From: Eledone cirrhosa
Lineage: Eukaryota
Direction: 5' to 3'
DNA length: 64,000 bases
Assembly (NCBI GenBank): GCA_964016885.1
Contig: OZ024750.1
Location: forward strand, 8,370,001 to 8,434,000
Positions 12,770-26,042 of this stretch are shown piece by piece. The translations under genes were made by a program, and so were the position numbers. The notes under the pieces are model-generated. The model saw nothing but the letters and a program-made list of their open reading frames with translations, was not told where the DNA came from and searched no databases. How positions within the stretch are numbered: position 1 is the stretch's first letter; every line of letters begins with the position of its first letter.

Positions 12770-12933
12770 ATACAGCAATGGCACTGAATACAACATTGTT
12801 TGAACAGAATAGAAAATGTGGACTGGTATTAAAACCTGAAGTTATGTGGGATAAAAATCATGTTATGTATACACGATTCAGTCCATTCGATAAAGAATTT
12901 GACGGGCTTCATGCGACAGTGCTCACACTTCAT
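12770..12933 (+). CDS. PLCE1: PLC-epsilon exon, Y-box end (DTAMALNTTLFEQNRKCGLVLKP...)
   Basis: cttcag / gtaagt; M.LN...F..N..CG.VLKP motif. Confidence 0.95.
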
Positions 12934-13634
12934 GTAAGTATTTTTATAGAATACTCTAATACTTTATTGGAGATTCAGGATATGATAGTTTTCTTTTCTT
13001 TTACAAAAAAATTGAGGGGTCCCTCCAACCACATCCCTCCAACCAATCTTGATTGAAATATTAATACAGCAGCTGGGTGTATGATATAAATTAAATAAAT
13101 GAGTGAATAAATGAATGAATAATCATATTTATACAGTGTTAAACTCAGAGAAGATAACAGGAAATTAACACCATTAAAAAAGAAAATCATAAATTAATTT
13201 AAGTTTAAGAATAGTGATCGATATGATGAGTTCAAGGGAGCAGAAACAAGAGACACAATAATAAATGTTTAGTAAAGTAGTAAAAACTTTAAAAAATTTG
13301 ATAAAGAATGGCAGTGTCCTAACATATTCACAACCCATGGGTTGGAACAGGTAAAAGAGTAAAAGAATAAATTAACTCATTCATTATCATATTTCTAATG
13401 AAATACTCTGCTGATGATTTTCAAATCACTTTGAAAATAATCCGGAATTCAAAAGGACTGAATAAAATAACTAATTTTTTTATTATTAAGTTGGTGTTTG
13501 AATCAGAATTTAATAATTGTTCTTACATATAATTATGATGGAACGTTTTTAGATAAATTTGTATCATAAAACCTGTTAAAACAAATGAATTTCTGTGATT
13601 GAACACTTTCAAAGTAGAATTTATTTATTTTCAG

Positions 13635-13790
13635 TTGATCTCAGGTCAGTACGTGAACCCAAGTCTCAGTGCCCATACACAAGTGGAAGTAGAAATTATT
13701 GGTATCCCTGTTGATTGTACAAAACATAAAACCAAAGTTATACAACGTAATGCCTTAAACCCTATTTGGAATGACGTCTTCAATTTTCAG
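13635..13790 (+). CDS. PLCE1: PLC-epsilon exon, C2 domain (LISGQYV...VEVEIIGIPVD...NALNPIWN)
   Basis: tttcag / gtatgt; PLC C2 motifs. Confidence 0.96.
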
Positions 13791-14217
13791 GTATGTAAAT
13801 TTTATGGTTATATTTGAGAATATCATGCAGTTTGCACTTCTGGGACCAGGCTATAAAATGATCATGAAAATATTCCAGGAAACACCCATTCACTGCTAAG
13901 GGGAGCTTCTATAAAAATATAGTCTGTCTTGACATTTGGTGTTTTATCATAGATAGAACGAGGCTTAAAACAGGAAGTAATGTAACTAATAATGCCTCTT
14001 CAAAACAAGGCTTTTATTGTGGTGGCAATGTATTTGTTTTGCAAGGTTTTATAGAACACAATGGCAGGAAATATGTCACAGAAATGTGTGATGAAAGATA
14101 TTTATTATTATATTTATATTTTTAACTGTTGGTCAATCAATGATAAACATTGATTGTCAGCTAAATTATTTATAGAAATATTATCTATCATACCAATTTA
14201 TGTACTATCTTATTTAA

Positions 14218-14351
14218 CCCTTTAGCATTTTGATATTATTTATTTTGAGAACAATACCTTAGCATCAGTATGAGTGGCCAGTGACAGTTGGTTTGAACAG
14301 AAAGAGGTGAGAGAATTCTGGCCGGATACGGCTGGTTTAAATGCCAAAGGG
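14218..14351. mobile_element. piggyBac-like MITE, internally deleted
   Basis: TTAA/CCCTTTAGCATTT ... AAATGCCAAAGGG/TTAA. Confidence 0.8.
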
Positions 14352-14589
14352 TTAATGTGTTTGAATTTTATGATTTTTGGCACTGACATCATTGTATAGT
14401 TTAATGCTTTCTTTAGACAGACATTCCAATATCTCCTACGTAAGATTCCATATCCCAGCACTTTCAGTTAACAAATTACTTGCCAATTTACAGTTAGTTC
14501 TGTATTCCATCACAGTCATTAAATTTCTGTGCATTTCTGCTGCATTGTAAAATAATCCAAGTAGGGTTATTTGATATTTTGAACAAATA

Positions 14590-14678
14590 TATTTGATATT
14601 ATGTTCAAACATATTTGATATTAAGTTCAAACATATTTGATATTATGTTCAAACATATTTGATATTTTGTTCAAACAT
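14590..14678. repeat. 22-bp tandem repeat, about 4 copies
   Basis: GTTCAAACATATTTGATATTAT units. Confidence 0.9.
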
Positions 14679-15438
14679 CACATTGACAGTAATGAGATAA
14701 TATAAAGAAAACCATGACTATTCTGTCAACAAGCTGTACTGTTGGATTAATATACACAATTTCCTATTAGAAAATAAGGTTAAATTAAAATATGTATATA
14801 TATATATATATATATATATTCATTGACTCAACTGAAAAGACCTCACTACCCAGTGGGAGCAAATATCATCACCATCACATGGTCACCTGACCTAGCATTG
14901 CTCACAACAGGATAACTTGTCTAATCCATGTCAGCATGGAAAAATGGACATTAAACGGTGATGATGATGATCATCATCAATTTTACTTCAATTTGTTCAT
15001 GCTGTTATGGTTTGAATGGGACTTTTTGAGGCAATGTTTTACAGTTGAAAGTCTTTACAACATGCAGGGAGACTGTAAACCTTTTCTAAATCTTATATAG
15101 ATGGCCAGGGAACATATGTGTATGTATGTGAGTGTTTCTGTTTATATTCACTGTTTATTTTTGTCCCATAACTTAGCAGTTCTTCAAATAGAGATTGATA
15201 AAACATATATCATATATACCTAGCTAGGAAAAACAGGTGTAAAATGATGATGATGATGATCGTGATGATGATGATGATGATGATCGTGATGGTGGTGATT
15301 GTGATGGTGGTGATTGCAATGATGGTGGTGATTGTGATGGTGGTGGTGATGATGATGATGGTGGTGATGATGATTGTGGTGATGATGATGATGATAATTT
15401 AATTAATAGTGTATTTATGTATTTATTTTGTTCCCTAG

Positions 15439-15541
15439 ATTATGTTTGTTGATCTGGCATTTATCCGGTTCCTTGTCATTGACACCAGTACTGGCCATAT
15501 GGTCTTGCAGCGAATAATTCCACTCAAACATTTGCGTCCTG
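15439..15541 (+). CDS. PLCE1: PLC-epsilon exon, C2 domain (IMFVDLAFIRFLVID...IIPLKHLRPG)
   Basis: ccctag / gtaagt; DLAF.RF.V.D and L.PG motifs. Confidence 0.95.
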
Positions 15542-15569
15542 GTAAGTAAAATACAAGATTAAATGATAA

Positions 15570-15788
15570 TAATGGTTTCTGATTTAGGCACAAGGCCAAC
15601 AAATTTGAGGGAAGGGAAAGTCAATTAAATTGACCCCAGTGCAATACTGGTGTTTTATTTTATTGAACCCACAAGGATGAAAGGCAAAGCTAACCTTGGT
15701 GGGATTTGAACTCAGAACGTAAGTGGCTGTAACTATGCCATGAAGCAGGATGTTCGACTCTCTACTGATACTGCCAATCCACTGCCCT
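15570..15788 (-). mobile_element. tRNA SINE, longer subfamily
   Basis: Same consensus. Confidence 0.88.
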
Positions 15789-15910
15789 AATAATAATGAT
15801 AATAAAATTATGTTGGAAGATATTAACTTAAATCGGAAACCTTTAAATAGGGTGGTTTTATTTCATAGAACCAGAACTGGTTTTGGCCAGTTTGTTAACT
15901 AAAGAGTTAA

Positions 15911-16147
15911 CCATTTCATGACTGCATTTCTAATGAAATAAACTCTATTTAAATTAATTAATGAAGAATTTTGAGGGATTTACTAACATTATTAATTATT
16001 TCATTACTAAGATAGTAACTTAATGTAAGATTCTTATATAAAATTATGTTGGAAGATATTAATTTAAATTGGAAACCTTTAAAATAGGTGGTTTTATTTC
16101 ATAGAACCAGGACCAGTTTTGGCTGGGCTGGGCTGGTAACTAAAGGG
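15911..16147. mobile_element. Second TTAA-flanked MITE family (relatives at ~13380, 22950, 24110, 25640, 28390)
   Basis: Ends ...AACTAAAGGG/TTAA; recurring ATTTCTAATGAAATA and CATAGAACCAG segments. Confidence 0.6.
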
Positions 16148-16244
16148 TTAAGAGATTTTTATTTTATTAACCCCTGAAACAAAGAAAAACAAAGTTGATC
16201 CTGGTCAGATTTGAACTCAAATTGTAAAGGGAACTAACCATCGC

Positions 16245-16547
16245 AACCACCATCACCACCATAATGACCCCACTACACCAACAACCATCACAACCACCAT
16301 CACCATAATGATTCCACCATACCAACAACTATCACCACCATAACCACCATAACAACTACAACCACCACCACCACCACCACAACCACCATAATGATTCCAC
16401 CACACACCAACAACTATCACCACCATGACCACCATAACAACTACAACCACCACCACAACCACCATAATGATTCCACCACACACCAACAACTATCACCACC
16501 ATCACCACCATAACAACTACAACCAACCACCACAACCATAACCACCA
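16245..16547. repeat. (CAC/CAA)-rich minisatellite
   Basis: CCATAATGATTCCACCA..CCAACAACTATCACCACC repeated three times. Confidence 0.9.
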
Positions 16548-17427
16548 TTAGTTTCAAGATTGTTTCCCTCATGATACAAAAATATCTTGTTCACTGAACT
16601 GTGACAGTCACCAATTTGTTTGATGTAAATATAATCTTGTTTATAATACGCCTTTGTGACATAAGTATCACAGGATGTCTAGATCACTTCAAAAAGACCA
16701 ACAACTTTCACTCCATCATACAGCTGAGAAAGATTTATTTAACGAGCTAATTAAATTTTGTGCAGCCACGGTCACCAATTTGATAGACTCTAGTCTTCAG
16801 ACACAGTCAATAATTTATATCTGTTTATTAGCAATCTATCTTAATCTACTAACTACTGTCCTATCACTCATACTTAAAACAGATCAAAAGTAAGAGAGAC
16901 AGAGAGTGTCTTTATGTGGGCTTTATGTGGTCATTCAGCCTGCTAGAAATAGTAGCTAAATCTTCCTTGAATAATATATACCAGTGTTTCCAAAAGTGAG
17001 TTCTGAGAAAAAAAAAAAGAGGATCCTCCTTAAAAATCTTGGGGGGAGGGGAGGTCCCATGAGATAAGGCGTCTCATAATAAAAATTAATAAAAATGTCA
17101 TTTCGTTTGAATAAACTCTTTCTCCAAACTAGTTTTTTGCTCCATTTAAGGTTATATTAAAATTAGAATCGGTTGGGTGGCATAAGGTCTAATGATGGAT
17201 CTCATGATTAAAATAGATCCAGTACACTCAGGGGAGCCAGAAAGAGTTCTGTATGAGCAAGACATGGTCATCTGATCTGGTTTGCCCCACAGCGGGACAA
17301 CTCATCTAACACATGCTAGCATGGAAAAATGGGACATTAATTGGTGAAGATAATGATGATGATAATGATGATGATAATGATAATAATGATGATGATGATG
17401 ATGATGAAACATATCCATTTCTTGCAG

Positions 17428-17630
17428 GATATCGACATGTTCGGTTACGCAACCCTCTCAATCAACCAACTGAACTAGCAACTTTATTCATCTATTCTAA
17501 ACTGGAAGAAGACCAGTTGGATCAGTGCAACAACATAGACTTTAATGCTGACATTCTTGGCAAACGGCGATCACTTCTAGCTAAAGTCAAAGACTTCTCT
17601 GATGTTTCCAAACTTGACGCTGGAAAAGAT
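17428..17630 (+). CDS. PLCE1: PLC-epsilon exon, C2 end (GYRHVRLRN...ATLFIYS...)
   Basis: ttgcag / gtaagt; GYRHV.L motif. Confidence 0.95.
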
Positions 17631-17994
17631 GTAAGTATTTCATATTTATTTTAAAATAGTATTGTTTGGCGTTAGCAAGTGTATCCAGCCGCAGAAAACC
17701 AGCCAGAAACTCTCCTATATGAGCAAGACATGGTCACCCGACCCAACTTGCCTCTAATTGGGACAAACCCATCTAACCCATGCTAGCATGGAAGATAGAA
17801 GATAGAAAAATAGAATAAGAAAATAGAAGACCGATTCGATTTGGGAACTGTGTGGCAATTTTGTGCTATATATATATTTATATATATAGACGGCCAACCA
17901 GACTAGAAACTGCTAAATGTTTGGCCATCTTCTTGTCTCTCTGCCTTTTCAGCCCCATGGATTGTGTCTATTATATTCTTTTGTTAAATTTTGA

Positions 17995-18052
17995 ATACCT
18001 GATGATGTCACCGGATTCATACTGAACCCGGTCATTGAAATGTTCATAGTAT
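17995..18052 (+). ncRNA. Minimal hammerhead-like motif (third family)
   Basis: ATAC-CTGATGA-..ACCGG[..]CCGGT..-GAAA-TGTTCA-TA/GTAT; base of stem II mismatched; element sits between (TA)n runs. Confidence 0.5.
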
Positions 18053-18097
18053 AATAAACCATTAAGGAATTACACTAGTCCAGCCTCCTGTTATTTT

Positions 18098-18190
18098 ATA
18101 ATATATATAAATACATATATATATATATATATACACATATATATATATATATATACACACATATATATATATACACATATATATATATAT

Positions 18191-18235
<45 letters not shown>

Positions 18236-18338
18236 TATATATATACACATATATATATATATATATATACACATATATATATATATACACACATATATAT
18301 ATATATATATATATACATACATATATATATATATACAC

Positions 18339-18369
<31 letters not shown>

Positions 18370-18506
18370 TATATATATATACACACATATATATATACAC
18401 ACATATATATATAGATATACACATATATATATATATAGACATATAAATATATATATATACACACATATATATATATATATATACACACACATATATATAT
18501 ACACAT

Positions 18507-18596
<90 letters not shown>
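18098..18596. repeat. (TA)n/(CA) microsatellite
   Basis: Direct reading. Confidence 0.95.
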
Positions 18597-18598
<2 letters not shown>

Positions 18599-19500
18599 TC
18601 ATCATCATTATCATCACCGTTTTACGTCCATTCATCCATGCTAGCATGGGTTAGACGGGTTGTCCTGTTGTGGGCAGTGTCTGGTCGGCCTTGCTCATAC
18701 AGGAACTGATTTTGGCTTGATTTCTACAGCTGGATGCCCTTCCTAACACCAACCTCATTTACAGTGAGTGCTGGGTGCTTTTTCCGTGGCGCCTACACGT
18801 CCACTTTACAGTGTGGGCTGGGTGCTTTTTTGCCGTGGCACCTCCACGACCACCTTGCAGTGGGAGGGTGTGGGGGCATATTGTCTATATGCTTCAGCTT
18901 GTACCCATGGGAGGTCGGGTACTCTGTATTACTGTGTGACGCCAGAGGTCACGGTCGTGTGTCATCGCCTTTGAGAGGTCTAATTGGGTAAGGTCGGCTT
19001 TTATCACCTCATCCCAGGTCTTCTTGGGTCTCCCCCACTCCGCAGTTTCCATCGACTTCTAGTGCTCTGCACCTTTTTATGCAGCTGTCATCCTTCATAT
19101 GCAGCATATGTCCATACCAACGCAACCGCCTCTCCTGCACACAGCATTTGATTCCTCTTATGCTGAGTCTCTCTCTCAATTCATTTATGCTTTGTCGTTC
19201 GCGTATATTACTATTACACATCCATCAGAGCATGCAGGCTTCGTTTCTCTCTAATCTATGTAAGTCTTCCACCTTCCGCGCCCAGGTCTCACTACCATGT
19301 AAAATTGTTCGGATACATGGATCATACAGTCTGCCTTTCATTTTGAGGGAGAAGCCTTTTGTAGCTAGCAGTGGCAGTAGTTCCCTGAACTTCTTCCATC
19401 CCGTTCTTACCCTAGTTATTGTACTTTCTGAACACCCACCTCCGCTGTAATTCGGTCACCTAGGTAGCAGAAGCTGTCTACTGTTTCTACAGAGCCCCCC
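18597..19500 (-). mobile_element. 5'-truncated RTE-clade LINE (RT C-terminus, 3' UTR, (GAT)n tail)
   Basis: [15 protein letters not shown] and DRDLWR motifs, frameshifted; 3' end AACCCATGCTAGCATGG...GATGATGAT. Confidence 0.85.
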
Positions 19501-19557
19501 CCCCCCCCCCCCCCAGCGATTGGTGGTACTTGTTACTTGTGGCTGTTTGCTGCTTGC

Positions 19558-19598
<41 letters not shown>

Positions 19599-19846
19599 TT
19601 AATACATCAACAGAGAAAGCTTTAAGCAATACTCCGACCGGCTTCCGTCTCACTCAACAAACATTAGGATATACCTTAGTATAATCCCAATTATACATTT
19701 GGGGTGCTAACTATACGTATTTTGTGGATAGCCAGTTGTATTATTTTATATGAGACGTAATTAAAATACATCTCTCTTTCCAAACAATCGTTTCATTATA
19801 AGTTTTCTACAAATTGGGAAAATAATGTCCAGGTTATGTAGAAGCC

Positions 19847-19880
<34 letters not shown>

Positions 19881-20080
19881 CAGACAGACAGGGCAAGAGA
19901 GAGATAGGTAATTACAAGTTTAGACTAGCAAGCCCATTGTTCACCTAAGTACTCAATACTTGGGAAAGTAGTGTGTATATATTGTAAAGGAATAGTTCCT
20001 GATGGCTAAACGCATGGCGTGAGCTCAGAATGGCGTGAGCTCAAAATGGCGTGAGCTCAGCTCTCAGGCACTAACTCTTT

Positions 20081-20159
<79 letters not shown>

Positions 20160-20435
20160 GTGTGTGTGTATGTATACATACATAAATATGTATGTATACT
20201 TATATATATGTATGTATACATATATATGTGTGTGTGTATGTATACATATATATGTATGTATACATATATATATATATGTATACAAATATATATATATGTA
20301 TACATATATATATGTATATATATATATGTATACATATATATATATATGTATACATATATATATGTATGTATATATATATATATATGTATGTATACATATA
20401 TATATATGTATGTATACATATATATATATGTATGT

Positions 20436-21105
20436 GTACCGCCAAAGGTCTCGGTCCAGTGACATTGTCTTGGAGAGGTGTAAGTGTGTGAGGTCGGAGT
20501 TTATCAGCTCGTCCCAGGTTTTTCTAGGTCTGCCTATTCCGTGGCTACCGTCTATCTTTATTGCCCTGCACTTTGTTATACAGCTATCGACTTTCATGCG
20601 CATCACGTGTCCATACCAACGTAGCCTTCTCTCGAGTAAACAACATCTGATCCCTCTTATCTCTAATTTTTTCCTCAGTTCGTTTATGCTTTGCCGGCGG
20701 TACTCAGTAACAGAGAAGACCCGCCTTGCCAGTAGGCATCTCTAACAAAATACACCCCGTCCCACCACCACCACCCCCACCCCATCCACACCACCCCGTC
20801 CTATGTAAAGTTATGTTGGTGCCGCGCCATCCGGGCCGAAACAAATGAGATCGTGTAGGTGTCACGACAAAAAAACACACAGTCCACGCTGTAATGTGGC
20901 CGTGTAGGCAACACGGTAAAAACCTCCCAGACCCACACTGTAAATGTGGTTGGTGTTAGGAAGGGCATCCAACTGTAGAAAACCTGCCAGACAGTCCTAT
21001 GCGAGCAAGACAATCACTCTTGCCTCAAGTGGGACTACCCCCGTCCAAACCCATGCAAGCGTGGAACACGGACGTTAAACGTTGATGATGATGATGATGA
21101 TGATG
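20436..21105 (+). mobile_element. RTE-clade LINE insertion with inverted 5' segment
   Basis: 20436-20695 is the RT C-terminus on the minus strand ([15 protein letters not shown]); 20696-21105 continues RYSVTEKTR to the 3' UTR and (GAT)n tail on the plus strand. Confidence 0.8.
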
Positions 21106-21232
21106 TATACATATATATATATGTATGTATACATATATATATATATGTATGTATACATATATATGTATAGATATATATATATGTATGTATACATATATAT
21201 ATATGCATGTATACATATATATATATGTATGT

Positions 21233-21264
<32 letters not shown>

Positions 21265-21616
21265 GTATACATACATACATACATATACATACATACATAT
21301 GTATATATATAGAGAGAGAGAGAAGTTTATAAGTAAGCTTTGTTACCATTTAGTAAAGAAACGGAATATTGTATATTCTGCTTGTAAAACAATGAGTTAT
21401 GTATTCATTATTAGACATAACACTGATTTCTCTCTTCTAATATTTATAATATTTTCTTTTATGAACAATTATAATTTGATACATTCCCTGAAAGTGTCAT
21501 TAAAATGTCATTTCTGAAATTTTTACAAAATAGTTTTTTTGGCTGTTTTGCTACTTTCAGTTGTTTCATTATAATGTCTGCTTCTTCTTCTGCTTCTTTT
21601 TCTTCTTTTACAACAG

Positions 21617-21757
21617 TTATCTACAAACATTGTCACTACAGTTGGTAAACAGAAACGGAGAATGTTTATTGTGACCATATTTGGCCTTAGCACTCCAGAT
21701 GATTATGTAATTTTAAAGATCTCTCAAGATACATCCGTCTGCGATGCTATTGCATTG
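21617..21757 (+). CDS. PLCE1: PLC-epsilon exon, RA1 N-half (...KQKRRMFIVTIFG...ISQDTSVCDAIAL)
   Basis: caacag / gtaagt; phase 0-0, RA-fold pattern. Confidence 0.9.
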
Positions 21758-21784
21758 GTAAGTAACAATGACTACAATGGCCTG

Positions 21785-21823
<39 letters not shown>

Positions 21824-22052
21824 TTCATTTAACATCCATCTTTCACACTAGCATGGGTTAGACGGGAGTTGTCCCACTTGAGCCAAGGCTGGTTGGGTGA
21901 CCGTGTCTCACTCATATAGGACTATCTGGTAGGTTTTCTATGGCTGGATGCCCTTCCTAACACCAACCACATTTACAGTGTGGAACTGGGAACTTTTTAC
22001 CATGTTACCTACATGGCCACATTACAGCGTGGACGATGAATGTGGTAATAAG

Positions 22053-22894
22053 AATAATTGTTTCTACTTTTGGCACAAGGCCAGCAATTACTCAGTGCAT
22101 TACTGGTACTTTATTTTATTGACCCTGTAAGGATGAAAAGCAAAGTTAACCTCGGCGGGATTTGAACTCAGAATGGCAAGGGCCATAACTATGCGTCAAA
22201 GCATGGCATCCGACCCTCTACTGATACTGCCAATCCACCGCTAAGAATAATGATAATTAGAATGATGATGATGATAAATGTAATGACGAGGATAAATGTG
22301 ATGGTGTTAATAATAATAATGATTTTTGGTTTAGGCACGTGGCCAACAATTTGGGTGGGGGAGGATGGTCAAGTTGATTAAATCAACCCCAGTGCATTAC
22401 TGGTACTTTATTTTACCAATCCCCATAAGAATGAAAGGCAAAGCTAAGCTCGGCGGGATTTGAACTCAGAACGCAATGGGGTGTGTAACTCTATGCTGCA
22501 AAGGATGTTGCTCGACACTAAAGCATAAATGTAAGGAAAGTTATAAATAGTTATAATAGAAATGCTTCTGTTACTATGCCATTCAGTTCAGATCCTGCTG
22601 AGATTTGAACTCAGAACGTAAAGGGCCGTAAATCTATGCCGCGAAGCAGGGTGTCTGACGCTCTACTGGTACTGCCAATTCACTACCCTCAATGGTGTTG
22701 ATAATAATTATTTCTACTTTTGGCACAAGGCTAACAATTATCCCAGTGTATTACTGGTACTTTATTTTATCGACCCCGTATAGATGAAAGGCAAAGTTAA
22801 CCTCGGTGGGATTGAACTCAGACCATAAAGGGCCATAACTCTTGCTGCAAAGCATGGCGTCCGACCCACTACCTATACTGCCAATCCACTGCCC
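22053..22894 (-). mobile_element. Cluster of four tRNA SINE copies or fragments
   Basis: Copies at ~22053, 22320, 22595 and 22705. Confidence 0.88.
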
Positions 22895-24420
22895 CTGGTG
22901 TTGATAATAATGGTGATTAATGATGGCAAATTTTCTTAATCCTTTCTTTACCATATTTCTAATGAAAGGCATTGCCTATTGTTTTCAAATAATATTTTAA
23001 ATAATCAAGAATTTGGAGATATTAAGAATCATAATTAACCGTTGTATTATTAAACTGTTATTTGAACATAATGTAGCAAAGTTTCTTAACATAAAATTAT
23101 GATGAAATGTTTTAATAAAACAAACAGTTCTGTATCATAGAACCAGGGGCAGTTTCAGGCTGTGTTGACGCTAAATGGTTTTAATAATAAGCAAATCATG
23201 GAAACTGATGATGATTGATAGGTGCAGATATGTTTTGTTTTGTTTTCTGTTTTGTTTTGTTATTTATCTTCCATTTTCTATTCAATGAAATAAATAATTT
23301 AGTTATGCTTGAATATTAATCAAAACAAATTGCTAACTGAAAAAAAAAAATATTAAATACATTGTAATTTGTATAAACGATTCAAAGACAAGATTCTATG
23401 CTAACGAACACAAGCTCATTATTTTGCTACATTAACTAGCTAGTTATATGTTAACGAGTGCAAATTCATTATTTTCTATATTAATCAGTGCAATCTGGTT
23501 AGTTTCTAAATTACCCAATCCAAACTGGTTAATTACTATAATAACTGGTGGAAGCTGGTTAGTTTTTATATTCATCATCATCATCAATGTTTAATGTCCA
23601 TTTTCCATGCTTTCATGGGTTAGGCACCAATACAATCTGGTCGGTCCCCATTTTAACTAATATAAGCTACTCACTTCCTTCTTCTTATTTTATCAAAGAT
23701 GAAAACAGAAATTTTATAATATAATGATATAATGACAATTATTGTGTACATGAAATAAAGTGTCTTGCTCAAGGACACAGCACATCACCCAGTCTGAGAA
23801 TTGAACTCATAACCTCATGATTGCAAATCCAACTCTCTAACCACTAAGTCACATGCCTTCACTACCAGCTGCTTACTTTATATAACTCTTCATTTCTATG
23901 CCAACATAAACTGAACACATCTGAATGAATGCTATTTTCTTTGTTGTTCTTGTTGTTGCAATTGATATTGCCATTGTTGTTGTTCTCAAGTGGTTGGTTA
24001 GGAATTCTTGAGGAGACTTATGGCTTTAAGATAACTGATTGGTGTTTCTGCCTCAGGTGGAAATCTCTTTATTGTATGGGACTTAATACTTAATCAACCT
24101 TATATTAATCCTTTTAATACCAAACCATATAAAACTGCCACTGGTGTCTATGAAACAAGATTTTATTTTAACCTTTCATCATAATTCTTTTTTTATGTAA
24201 GAACCTTTGTTAAGTTAAGTGTGGAAGTATTTAATAAACATATTGGTTATTGAGATATAGATGAAAAATGATGAATGATTATGGAATTTACAGAATATAA
24301 TCTCTATCCCCTGATGCAATAATTGATGAGATGAATCCCTCCACATCACCTACATAACTTATTATAGTATAAAAATATATATTTACTGGTTATTTTGTTG
24401 TTTATATTTTCATTATGAAG

Positions 24421-24615
24421 GCTTTACTAAAGGCAGGGAAAAGTGAAGAAAAAGTTGCGAATTATGTCTTGGTTGAAGAAGTTCAAAGTGGTTGGGAGAG
24501 AAAAGACCAGGAAAAGCCTTGTACTCAGAGAATTCTGGATATGTCTGAAAAACTACTGGCATCTCAGAATAAATGGAAGGGATCAGGCAAATTTATCCTT
24601 CGAAAAATGAGTGAT
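24421..24615 (+). CDS. PLCE1: PLC-epsilon exon, RA1 C-half (ALLKAGK...NYVLVEEV...WKGSGKFILRK)
   Basis: atgaag / gtaagt; YVLVEEV and W.G.GKFIL motifs. Confidence 0.93.
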
Positions 24616-24968
24616 GTAAGTATCCTTTCCATTTTTACTTTTTTTTCATCTGTATGATTTTTACTGGCTGGGTGTCCTTTTTTTACTTTTTTTATCCAGG
24701 ATAATTTTTGCTGACTGTGTGATAGGATGTTGTGGATCAGAAACAAAACAGAAAAGAGGTTCTCTTTACAGGATATTTGTTCTGCATTGAGTAACATATA
24801 CTCCCTTCTTATGTTGTTATAACAGTGAACCAGTGTTAACCCAGTGAAAATCTATAATGAATCACCATCATCTTCCTCCTCCTTATCATCATCATCATCA
24901 TGATATATCCATTTCTTCATGTTGGCTTGGGTCGTGATAATAAATATATAATTGCTTCTGTTTTACAG

Positions 24969-25019
24969 GACCCAAGTAGTCGTGCTTGGATGACCACCAT
25001 GTTAACAAATGAACAAAAA
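24969..25019 (+). CDS. PLCE1: PLC-epsilon small exon (DPSSRAWMTTMLTNEQK)
   Basis: ttttacag / gtaaat; 51 nt, phase 0-0. Confidence 0.82.
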
Positions 25020-25084
25020 GTAAATATATTTTTCTTTTTAAATTCTGAATAAGGAAATCATGTCAACTTAAAAAATATCTTTAA

Positions 25085-25635
25085 CTCTTTAGCATTTACT
25101 TAGTGGTTAGAGCATTGGCCTTGCAATCAAAGTGTTGCGAGTTCAATTTTCAGACCGGGTGATGTGTTGTTTCCTTGAGCAGGACACTTTATTTCACATT
25201 GCTCCAGTTTACTCAGCTGTAGAAATGAGATGATAGGGACTGGGGTCCCTATCATTCCACTGCAAAATGGTTGTGGAGGTGCCACAGCAAAAAAGCACCC
25301 AGCACTCACTGTAAATGAGGTTGGTGTTAGGAAGGGCATCCAGCTGTAGAAATCAAGCCAGAATCAGTTCCCATCCCACCCTTGCAAGCAGGGAAAAAGC
25401 GGACGTAAAATGAAATGATGATGAATGATGATTACTCTATATATACTATCATATTTTCACGGTAAAGGCTTTACCTCACATAATTGTCTCGTATAATATC
25501 GAATCTATGGATTTTGATATCATATATTTTGAGAACAATATCTTAACATGAGTAAGAGTGGCCAGTTACAGCCAGTTTGAACAGAAAGAGGTGAGAGAAT
25601 TCTAGCCAGATATGGCTGGTTTAAATGCTAAAGTG
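25085..25635. mobile_element. piggyBac-like MITE interrupted by a SINE
   Basis: Degenerate TIRs with TTAA on both sides; body is the reverse complement of 5309-5516. Confidence 0.75.
25100..25432 (+). mobile_element. Second SINE type: tRNA head, CCTTGAGCAGGACACTT core, RTE-derived 3' tail
   Basis: AGTGGTTAGAGCA...GAGTTCAAT head; tail matches the 3' UTR of the RTE at 18597-18800; related heads at ~23755-23860 (minus) and ~39545-39650 (plus). Confidence 0.75.
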
Positions 25636-26042
25636 TTAACTCATGTAAAAGAACCTTTTGTTATATTATATTACCAATACCATCCAAATACTGAAATAAT
25701 TAGTAATTTTAGTAAATCCCTTTAAATATTTCATTAATTGATTGTAAAACTGTGTTTCATTAGGAATATGATCAGAAGGGATTAAGCAGAATATATATAT
25801 ATGAATTCTGTCTTGGGTAAAGGCGCAAGTCTTTTAAAACCAATATTTTCAGAAAACCACTTGCTTATTCTTCTTAGACATAATAAGTAGAACTAAGCAT
25901 CATGCCAAGAAATAAAAAAAATATATATACATGAACTAATGAGATGGCTTTTCTATATTTGATGATTATACTTGAAATATCCCGTTGATCTTCCTTAAAT
26001 AATATACTACCATCTTTCAGAAATACAAAGATGATATATAAG

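Noticed and set aside
13408-13445. CTGATGA...GAAA...TC hammerhead-like string
   Set aside because: The only stem (TTTTCAAA/TTTGAAAA) consumes the GAAA, no stem III forms, and it lies in a MITE body.
14590-14678. CRISPR-like appearance of short repeats (also 45890-46168 and 20014-20060)
   Set aside because: Head-to-tail tandem repeats without unique spacers, in eukaryotic DNA.
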